Virus record (IMG/VR): IMGVR_UViG_3300001605_000028
From: an uncultured virus (IMG/VR IMGVR_UViG_3300001605_000028)
Taxonomy: Duplodnaviria; Heunggongvirae; Uroviricota; Caudoviricetes
Direction: 5' to 3' (one strand)
Length of the DNA stretch: 64,000 bases
The notes beneath the pieces were generated by a model. That model was not told the origin of the DNA and did not search any database. It was given only the letters and a program-made list of their open reading frames with translations. Shown piece by piece: positions 32,902 through 40,589 of the stretch (positions are counted from its first letter, which is position 1; each line of letters starts with the position of its first letter). The translations under genes and the position numbers were made by a program.

Positions 32902-33897
32902 ATGCCGACCTCATTTAGAGATTTAGCAAGAGCAAAACAAAATTTTATCGCAGCTGAAGAAGAAAATTTAGAACAAGGAATGATCTGGGCATTTACACCC
33001 AGCAACGTTAGAACTAACTTTTGTACTGGGTTTTGTTGGTTAGCTCCCGGACCCGGGCAAGCGGTTATCGAAGTGTGGGGTGCCGGTGGTTCAGGCGGCC
33101 GTATGTGCTGCTGCGGGTTTGGAGTTCCTGGCAATCCGGGGGCCTACGCCAAACGAACAATTACTGTCGCCACTGGCTGTAGGATCTGTGGATCAGTTGG
33201 TATGAGCTGCGGCAACGCAGACGCATTATGTTTTAGAGGCTGTTCAGAGCCAACTCAGGTCTGCTGGTTTAGCGATACCGCTAACGGTTGTATCTGCGCA
33301 CAAGGCGGCAGAGGTGGTACTAGCTATTGCTCAACAGGCTCATCTGGATACTGCTGCTTTACCGCAGGTAACTTCTGTACAACTAAATTAAACAATGAAA
33401 ACTGTGGTCTTGTCTGTAACTATGGACCTGGAACTGCCAGCTGCTGTGCTCAGGCATTCGGCGGCGATGTAAACTGCTTTGGAGGCTTTTCTTGTGTTAG
33501 TTTCTTAGGCTGTACACCTAGTTGTCCTTGTGCTACACAATATCACGTGGCAACTCCCCCTGGCAAGTTTTCTACTAACGGGGCTGTAATTACATTCACA
33601 ACTGAGGGAGATTCGGGATTTGCTAGCTGGACTGGAGCTGCTATTGACCCATACTTACATGGTCTATCAGTTGCTGGAAAAAATCCAACACACGGTATTA
33701 TGCCCGAACACAAGTGCTGGACAGGCGGAAGATCCTGCGGTTGTTATGAAGGACAGGCATGTATACCATTTGCTCCACCGGGATTTCCAGGAACACCAGC
33801 AACACCGTGTCCAGACCATCGAGACAGTGCTGGTCGTGGCGGCCACGGATTAGTTAGAATCAAATTCATTGCCGCTAACACATTAAGATATTTCTAA
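32902..33897 (+). CDS. Cys/Gly-rich putative fibre-tip protein 2
   Basis: Paralogue of 31926; 31 Cys in 331 aa by hand count. Confidence 0.6.
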   Translation: MPTSFRDLARAKQNFIAAEEENLEQGMIWAFTPSNVRTNFCTGFCWLAPGPGQAVIEVWGAGGSGGRMCCCGFGVPGNPGAYAKRTITVATGCRICGSVGMSCGNADALCFRGCSEPTQVCWFSDTANGCICAQGGRGGTSYCSTGSSGYCCFTAGNFCTTKLNNENCGLVCNYGPGTASCCAQAFGGDVNCFGGFSCVSFLGCTPSCPCATQYHVATPPGKFSTNGAVITFTTEGDSGFASWTGAAIDPYLHGLSVAGKNPTHGIMPEHKCWTGGRSCGCYEGQACIPFAPPGFPGTPATPCPDHRDSAGRGGHGLVRIKFIAANTLRYF

Positions 33898-33909
33898 GAG
33901 AAACGATAC

Positions 33910-34869
33910 ATGCCAACATCATTACAAACATTAGTTAGATCAAGGGCTCAGGGATTTGATGAAGAAAATCTTGAACAGGGCCGAGTTTGGGTCTACAGCC
34001 CAGGCACCATGTATACAGGATTCTGTACAGGATTCTGCTGGAAAGCACCAGATAACGGAACAGCAGTCATTGAAGTATGGGGTGCTGGCGGGTCAGGGGC
34101 ACAGATGTGCTGCTGCGGCGGTGGGACTTCTGGAAACGCCGGAGCATATGCTAAACGAACAATATCAGTAGCTGTTGGTTGTCCAATATCTGGAACTGTC
34201 GGATTTAGCTGCGGAAATTCCAGCGCACTGTGTTTTAGAGGTTGTTCAGAACCGTCACAGGTTTGTTGGACTAGTACCACAGGTAATGGCTGTATCTGCG
34301 CACAAGGTGGCGCAGGTGGACGGGGTATGTGCTCAACTGGAACATCGCTGTTCTGTTGTTTTGTAAACCAAAGCCACTGCTTTACTGGACCATTTAACGA
34401 TAACTGTGGTTTGATCTGTAATTACTTTTCAGGAATTTGGATTGCCTGTGCCTACGGTGGCGATGTAAACTGCTGCGGACCTTTCTCATGTACTACATTT
34501 AACGGATGCCTTCCATCCTGTCACTGCTGTACACAATTCCACGTTGCTGTACCAGCCGGATATTTCTCCTGTCAAGGTACTGTAGTAACACACGGAGCCG
34601 AAGAAGATAGTAGATCTTCTAACATGGCGGGTCAAAATATTCACAGATTCTTCAGCGCTATGAGCGGTGCAAGCAGAACTCCGGTTAAAGGAGTTCCTAT
34701 GTCCTACTGCTGGAGATCTGATAGATCATGTGGATGTTACGAAATGCAGGGATGTATGCCATATCTTCCACCAGGCGTAGGAGGCATGGCAACAACACCA
34801 TGTCCTGGCGTAAGAGATCACGCTATTCGAGGCGGCATGGGCGCTGTTAGAATTAGGTTTTTCAGCTAA
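33910..34869 (+). CDS. Cys/Gly-rich putative fibre-tip protein 3
   Basis: Paralogue of 31926; 32 Cys in 319 aa by hand count. Confidence 0.6.
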   Translation: MPTSLQTLVRSRAQGFDEENLEQGRVWVYSPGTMYTGFCTGFCWKAPDNGTAVIEVWGAGGSGAQMCCCGGGTSGNAGAYAKRTISVAVGCPISGTVGFSCGNSSALCFRGCSEPSQVCWTSTTGNGCICAQGGAGGRGMCSTGTSLFCCFVNQSHCFTGPFNDNCGLICNYFSGIWIACAYGGDVNCCGPFSCTTFNGCLPSCHCCTQFHVAVPAGYFSCQGTVVTHGAEEDSRSSNMAGQNIHRFFSAMSGASRTPVKGVPMSYCWRSDRSCGCYEMQGCMPYLPPGVGGMATTPCPGVRDHAIRGGMGAVRIRFFS

Positions 34870-34888
34870 ATAGCTTAGAGGATAAAAA

Positions 34889-35527
34889 ATGAATAAGAAT
34901 TTTACAGTTACATTACCAGACGAACCATATAAAACTACTACCGCTTTGAATAAAACGGTTGAGTGTGTTTACACAGGTCCGAGATATTTGGCCATTTGTG
35001 TTATTCAAGAAACAGGAGAAATCAAATATATTGCTCGACGTGGTGAAACACTAGCTGATATCGACATGCCAACATTAGTTGACGACGATCCTGCCACAGA
35101 ATTTTATGCCATCGACGCTAAAGATCATCCGTTTGAAGCAGCATATCTTACTGGCCAATATACACACAACAATATTCCCGATTTTACAGTTGAACATCCT
35201 GGCGACCTAGGCTCATGGAGCTATCACTACGATGAAGGAACTGGAGCAATCGGACAGTGCTTCTACGGCCAAGATATGAAATATGTTAATTCTCAGTTTG
35301 TTGCTCCACGCTATCGTGAACACGCAGCAACTCGACAAGACGTCATGGATAGCTGTATAAGCATAGCAAACTTAGTCGAACGATCTATCCAAAATAATGA
35401 CTATTCGGACGAAGATAGACAAAAGTTAGAAGATTACATTGATTGGTTACGAGCAGTTCCTACTGCCTACGAAGGTATCGATCATTGGAAAATCCCATTC
35501 CCGTCAGATATTCCAACTTATTACTAA
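34889..35527 (+). CDS. putative tail-fibre assembly chaperone
   Basis: C-terminal KLEDYIDWLRAVPTAY...WKIPFP resembles the Y-R-x-x-L-R-D-x-P...W-P end of tail assembly chaperones; follows the fibre-tip genes. Confidence 0.45.
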   Translation: MNKNFTVTLPDEPYKTTTALNKTVECVYTGPRYLAICVIQETGEIKYIARRGETLADIDMPTLVDDDPATEFYAIDAKDHPFEAAYLTGQYTHNNIPDFTVEHPGDLGSWSYHYDEGTGAIGQCFYGQDMKYVNSQFVAPRYREHAATRQDVMDSCISIANLVERSIQNNDYSDEDRQKLEDYIDWLRAVPTAYEGIDHWKIPFPSDIPTYY

Positions 35528-35539
35528 AAAACACTTGAA

Positions 35540-35604
35540 CCAAGATTAGGTCGTGTGCTATCATGTAGGTGATATATAATAGCACTCGACCTATATTCTT
35601 GGAG
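35540..35604 (+). promoter_or_regulatory. long hairpin overlapping the SD of the glycosyltransferase gene, with a promoter-like sequence in its loop
   Basis: CCAAGATTAGGTCGTGTGCTAT (35540-35561) pairs with ATAGCACTCGACCTATATTCTTGG (35579-35602); the loop contains GATATATAAT; GGAG at 35601-35604. Confidence 0.6.
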
Positions 35605-35609
35605 TATTA

Positions 35610-36554
35610 ATGGAACAACAACGATCAAAAGTATTTTTTCTCAATGGCGGCACAGGCCGGATGCTTTCAGCAGTACCGGCATTTGAAAATTATGAAAAAG
35701 AATCCGGAGACAAGGATTTTATTATTATCTGCGAAGGCGGAACAGACGTATTCAAAGGACATCCTACTCTAGATTCTAGAGCCTATGATGTTTGGCATAA
35801 AAATCTTTTTCAGGAAAAAATCAAAGATAAAGATATCGTTTCTCCCGAACCTTATAGAGTTTGGGAATATTATAATCAAAAATGTTCGATAGCGCAGGCC
35901 TTTGATATCGAAATCAATAAAAAAGGAATTCGTGATCTACCAAAGCCTACACTAAGGCTAAGCAAAGATGAGCTGTTGTCTGGCAGACAAATGATCACAG
36001 AAATAAAGAAAAAATTAAAGAAAGAAAAAGTTGTAATATTCCAACCCTTTGGTCGGGGCATTGAGTATATTGACGAATCCTTTGTAGATCGTACTTCTAG
36101 AAGTTTTGAATACAAGGACGTTAAGAAGATCATAAAACGTCTCCAAGATCACAATTATGCTGTGGTTATGATGTCAGAAATTAAACTAGACCTAACAGAA
36201 GAAAAACTCAAAGACGAAATAGCAATACCAGAAAACGCTGGAATACGACAATGGGCTGCTATCATTAAATACGCTGATCATTTTTTAGGCTGCGATAGCG
36301 TGGGGCAACATCTTGCTTTTGCGGTCGACAAGCCATCAACTGTAGTGTTCGGATCAACATACCCGATAAACGTTTCGTATCCAAATTGTAAGTTTTTTAA
36401 TATCTTAGATATGGGCGAAGAATTAAGAGAATATAGTCCGATTCGTATTACCATGGACGAGCGTATTGACAGAAAACACGAGGGTCTAATGTCCATGACT
36501 CCCGATATCGTTGAGTATATTGTTGACACAGTAATAGGAAAAAAACATAAATGA
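35610..36554 (+). CDS. GT-B glycosyltransferase, GT9 (ADP-heptose transferase)-like
   Basis: N-terminal NGGTGRML; C-terminal AAIIKYADHFLGCDSVGQHLAFAVDKPSTVVFGST matches the GT9 pattern AD-x-F-x-G-x-DS-x-x-x-HLA-x-A-x-x-x-P-x-V-x-x-FG-x-T. Confidence 0.7.
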   Translation: MEQQRSKVFFLNGGTGRMLSAVPAFENYEKESGDKDFIIICEGGTDVFKGHPTLDSRAYDVWHKNLFQEKIKDKDIVSPEPYRVWEYYNQKCSIAQAFDIEINKKGIRDLPKPTLRLSKDELLSGRQMITEIKKKLKKEKVVIFQPFGRGIEYIDESFVDRTSRSFEYKDVKKIIKRLQDHNYAVVMMSEIKLDLTEEKLKDEIAIPENAGIRQWAAIIKYADHFLGCDSVGQHLAFAVDKPSTVVFGSTYPINVSYPNCKFFNILDMGEELREYSPIRITMDERIDRKHEGLMSMTPDIVEYIVDTVIGKKHK

Positions 36555-38374
36555 GCAAAGAAACTTTTGAAACACCAAAACTAAGTACCGGCTGGGTCGC
36601 AGCAATTGCTAGGGGACACAACGCAGGATTGTGCCTACTCAAAGACGGCAAGGTAGTTGTGTCTATTGAGGAAGAACGACTAACAAGACAGAAATACGAC
36701 GGCGGACCTTATGCGTCCATGATGCTGATCAAAGAATACACAGATAAGATCGATTATCTAGTAATCGCTCATACACAAAAACTAAATGAAACTGCTGGTC
36801 GAGTTGACTATAGTGGTGATGATGTCTACACGGGCCTCGCAAGAAAAATGGGGCTTATCAGCAGAAAAGAAGATAACTTTAATCATCCTCAGGTTGTAGA
36901 TCTTAGTTTCATGCATCACAAACTACACGCTGCCTGTGCTTTTTATCGCAGCGGATGGGATGATGCTGTATCCTTAATTGTTGACGGCGCTGGAACATTT
37001 GTAACTGTAGGCTACGGCGATAGACCTATGGTAGTTTGGGAAGTTGAAACTATCGTAGACTGTAGTTACCCAGCAAACTTTAAAACCCTGTATAAGCATT
37101 ACGGCACACTAGATCCTGTACCAGCATCTTATTATCCTAAGTGCCCTTCGGACCAGTTCGGAGAACACGGTGATACACACGAAGCATGGATCTCTGATCG
37201 AGCAGGTATCGTTAAAGTCTATGAAGGCATTACTGAATACTGCGGATTTAGTGCAATTGAAGCAGGAAAGACTATGGGGTTATTTCCATACGGAAAACCC
37301 AATGACAAAATTCCGCGATTGTTTGAATCTAATTCAAAAGTTCCGTTGTCTAACAGAAACTTGATAGTGCCAAAGTATCCGATGAGCGGAATCGTTAATC
37401 GAGAGTTATTTGATTTTCTAGATCAAGAACCGCAAGATGATGAAGATCCTACACTGTTAGAAAATCGTAGAGATCTAGCCTATGCTTGTCAAACACAGAC
37501 ACAAGAGCAGGTTCTTCGATTGATCCGCAAAGCCGTTGAAATGAGCGGTAAAAAGAGGGTAGTGATCAGCGGTGGTTATGGTTTAAACTGTGTTGCCAAC
37601 TACTATTATCTCGAACAATTAAAAGACGAGGGAATTGAAATATACGTCGAACCGATCAGCAATGACGCTGGAACAGCCATGGGAGCAGCTATGATGTTCT
37701 GGAACGCAATGACTGATACTGTAGAAAAACAGCCATTAGATACGCTGTATCTTGGTCCGGAAAGAAAGTATACGGTTACAGAAATAGAAGAAAAAACCAA
37801 GTTTGCCAGCGGTACTATATCGGACGCAACTAACGCAGATGTTGTTAAGTTATTGCGAGAAAAGAATATCGTAACTATCTTCCAAGGTAGGTCAGAAAAC
37901 GGACCAAGAGCACTGGGTAATAGATCTGTGCTATTTGATCCAACGTTTGCCGATGGTAAAGATTTTGTAAATTCTGTAAAAAGACGCGAATATTTCCGTC
38001 CATTTGCCGGAAGCATTTTACACGATCATGTACACGAGTGGTTTGATCTGCGTGGCATGGACGAAACTCCGCATATGATGTATGCTGTAAATTGCCAACC
38101 AGGGATCGCTGAAAAAATCCCTAGTATTATCCACGTAGACGGTACCTGCCGTATTCAAACAGTTAAGCGTGAACAAAACCCTCACTACTACGATTTGATT
38201 AAAGAATTTCATAAACAGACAGGAATCCCAATAGTGTTTAATACCAGCTTCAATCTTGGCGGCGATCCGTTAGTTGAAACGCTAGATGACGCAATTGACA
38301 CTCTAGTACGCAGTGATATCGAATACCTATTCCTACCAGAATATGGAAAATTGATTAAAATCGCCAATGTATAA
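36551..38374 (+). CDS. O-carbamoyltransferase, NodU/CmcH/TobZ family
   Basis: SIEEERLTRQKYD, HHKLHAACAFY, DGAG, AGKTMGL, SGGYGLNCVAN, DAGTAMGAA, GRSENGPRALGNRS, VKRREYFRPFA, HVDGTCRIQTV, NTSFN. Confidence 0.93.
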   Translation: MSKETFETPKLSTGWVAAIARGHNAGLCLLKDGKVVVSIEEERLTRQKYDGGPYASMMLIKEYTDKIDYLVIAHTQKLNETAGRVDYSGDDVYTGLARKMGLISRKEDNFNHPQVVDLSFMHHKLHAACAFYRSGWDDAVSLIVDGAGTFVTVGYGDRPMVVWEVETIVDCSYPANFKTLYKHYGTLDPVPASYYPKCPSDQFGEHGDTHEAWISDRAGIVKVYEGITEYCGFSAIEAGKTMGLFPYGKPNDKIPRLFESNSKVPLSNRNLIVPKYPMSGIVNRELFDFLDQEPQDDEDPTLLENRRDLAYACQTQTQEQVLRLIRKAVEMSGKKRVVISGGYGLNCVANYYYLEQLKDEGIEIYVEPISNDAGTAMGAAMMFWNAMTDTVEKQPLDTLYLGPERKYTVTEIEEKTKFASGTISDATNADVVKLLREKNIVTIFQGRSENGPRALGNRSVLFDPTFADGKDFVNSVKRREYFRPFAGSILHDHVHEWFDLRGMDETPHMMYAVNCQPGIAEKIPSIIHVDGTCRIQTVKREQNPHYYDLIKEFHKQTGIPIVFNTSFNLGGDPLVETLDDAIDTLVRSDIEYLFLPEYGKLIKIANV

Positions 38375-38398
38375 AAAAGCCCCCGAAAGGGGCTTTTT
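38374..38398 (+). terminator. rho-independent (probably bidirectional) terminator
   Basis: AAAAAGCCCC-CGAAA-GGGGCTTTTT. Confidence 0.9.
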
Positions 38399-38444
38399 GT
38401 TATCTGCTAATTTAGTTAAATATATGATAAACTAGAGCGGACAT

Positions 38445-40001
38445 ATGGCAGATATTTCTAAATATTTCGGACAAGGCGTTAAAAATACACTGTACCTAAA
38501 AAACGGTGTTAATTTTTATCACAAAGGGCCTTGGGTTCAGGTCTTCGAAGATACTGAAGTAGATCGTTGGTACGTAGGCGACTTTTCCAGCGCCAGTTAT
38601 CAGGTGTCTGCTGAGTTTGGTTCTAATAAAAAAGAGACACTACAGATCTTAGTAGTAGCAAGACCTGATCAAGCAAACTATACTATATATGGTAGAGCAT
38701 CTATAGATGATGCGTTAGTTGATGTTAGTGTATCTGTAAACAACGGATACCTTTCGTTAAAAATGTCAGCAACAGATCCTGCGTATCGAGGAACTAAAGT
38801 AATATACATCGCTTCCTATGCCGGAACAGTTAACACACTAATACCTGCTACTACGCTATCTTTTTTAATTCCTGACAATCTAGGAACACCTGGTACCGGC
38901 GGACAGACCCCTGGTTCGGGATCAGGTAGTAGCATCGATTTATCATCGATAAATCAAAGCATAGTTCCCGATAATACAAATCAATATAACATAGGTACTA
39001 ACAACAAACGCTGGAAAAATTTATTTGTAAATTCTAGTATAGACATCGGCGGAGTTACATTATCAAAATCTACAACTGGTGCTGGTCTTGATTTTCCTAC
39101 AGGTTCGACGATAGGAGGATTGCCGCTAGGAATTTTTTCTAAAATTTCAGTTGCGGGTGCCGATGACGTAATAGCAGACACTGAAAATACTGCTCTGAAT
39201 CTAATTGCTGGCCCAAATATTATTATTACAACTGATGCGTTATCTAATTCAGTAACAATAACTGGAACAGGTGGCGGAGGCGGCGGTGCTGTAGTATCTG
39301 GTGGAAATTCTTTCCAAACAATCACTATCGCTGGGCAGGCGAATGTAGTAGCAGATAGACCTAGCGATGTTTTGACACTAGTAGCAGGCTCTGGTATAGT
39401 GTTAACCACTAACGCAGGCAACGATTCGATTACTATTAGTTCAACAGGCGGTGGCGGAAGTGGAGGAACTTCGAATCAAATTATTGTTGCTCCAGTTACA
39501 ACAGGCGAATATCCGTTAGTCGTTGCTGCTGGATTAGATAATGTTTCTCCACAGTCGTTGTACGGTAAGTCATCTATTACTGTCGATATTGCCAATGATG
39601 TATTAAATGCTACAGCAGTTTCTAGTAGGTGGGCCGACTTAGCAGAAAAATATCAAGCAGACGATTACTACGAACCAGGAACCGTTTTAGAATTTGGTGG
39701 TAATTATGAAGTTACTATCGCAACAGCCGAAACTCGTCGAGTAGCCGGTGTTGTATCAACCGATCCTGGGTTCATTATGAATCGAGATCTAAAAGATATA
39801 AACACCGTTCTAGTAGCACTTCAGGGCCGAGTTCCTTGTAAGGTACAGGGTCCTATACAAAAAGGCGATCTAATAGTCAGTGCCGGCAACGGTTACGCTA
39901 AGGCCTGCGCTGATCCAAAAATAGGGTCAGTGATAGGAAAATCTTTAGAAGATTTCAACGGTAGCACAGGAATAATTGAAGTTGCTGTAGGCCGTTTATA
40001 A
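38445..40001 (+). CDS. tail fibre/spike protein with C-terminal intramolecular-chaperone autocleavage domain
   Basis: C-terminal WADLAEKY...EPGTVL...VAGVVSTDPG...VALQGRVPCKV-x-GPI-x-KGDL...IGKSLE; Gly-rich linkers; two F-x-x-I-x-x-AG...VAD repeats. Confidence 0.75.
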   Translation: MADISKYFGQGVKNTLYLKNGVNFYHKGPWVQVFEDTEVDRWYVGDFSSASYQVSAEFGSNKKETLQILVVARPDQANYTIYGRASIDDALVDVSVSVNNGYLSLKMSATDPAYRGTKVIYIASYAGTVNTLIPATTLSFLIPDNLGTPGTGGQTPGSGSGSSIDLSSINQSIVPDNTNQYNIGTNNKRWKNLFVNSSIDIGGVTLSKSTTGAGLDFPTGSTIGGLPLGIFSKISVAGADDVIADTENTALNLIAGPNIIITTDALSNSVTITGTGGGGGGAVVSGGNSFQTITIAGQANVVADRPSDVLTLVAGSGIVLTTNAGNDSITISSTGGGGSGGTSNQIIVAPVTTGEYPLVVAAGLDNVSPQSLYGKSSITVDIANDVLNATAVSSRWADLAEKYQADDYYEPGTVLEFGGNYEVTIATAETRRVAGVVSTDPGFIMNRDLKDINTVLVALQGRVPCKVQGPIQKGDLIVSAGNGYAKACADPKIGSVIGKSLEDFNGSTGIIEVAVGRL

Positions 40002-40034
40002 CTTAAAATAAATAGTTAATATGGAAGTTAAACA

Positions 40035-40580
40035 ATGCCGGTAAATCAAAAACAACTAACATCAGATTTTGGATTTAAAAGTCCGGGATTTCTGGTCAGT
40101 GATACTGGGTCGATAGTTGCTGCTTCAGTAAACGCTAGTTCATTGTTAATAAATGGCAATGTTGTACTATCAGCCGGCGGCGATACTTTATCTCCATTGG
40201 TTGTAAACAGCAGCTTAGAAACTCTTGGTACATTAACTGGACTTACAGTTAACGGTAACATTAATCTACGTCAAGGAAGTGCTCAACGCATTTCGATAAT
40301 CGACGGTAGGGTTAGAATAAACAGCGGGTTATTAGGATCAATAGACAATGTCGACATAGGCACAAATACCCCTGCTAGAGTAACAGCAACCAGACTTGAT
40401 GTAACTACATCAATCACCGCAAACAATGTAACAATGTCAATGAATAATTCGTCAATATCGGGAGCAGTTGCTTTCGTAGATGGAATAACTATCCCATCAC
40501 CAACAACAGCAGGGCAAGCAGCTTCAAAAGGGTATGTTGATAACTCGCTAATAGCGTTTTCAGTAGCGTTTGGAGCCTAA
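40035..40580 (+). CDS. short fibre-like structural protein
   Basis: VVNSSLETLGTLTGLTV, GSIDNVDIG and AASKGYVD motifs; ends LIAFSVAFGA. Confidence 0.65.
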   Translation: MPVNQKQLTSDFGFKSPGFLVSDTGSIVAASVNASSLLINGNVVLSAGGDTLSPLVVNSSLETLGTLTGLTVNGNINLRQGSAQRISIIDGRVRINSGLLGSIDNVDIGTNTPARVTATRLDVTTSITANNVTMSMNNSSISGAVAFVDGITIPSPTTAGQAASKGYVDNSLIAFSVAFGA

Positions 40581-40589
40581 AGGAAAAAA

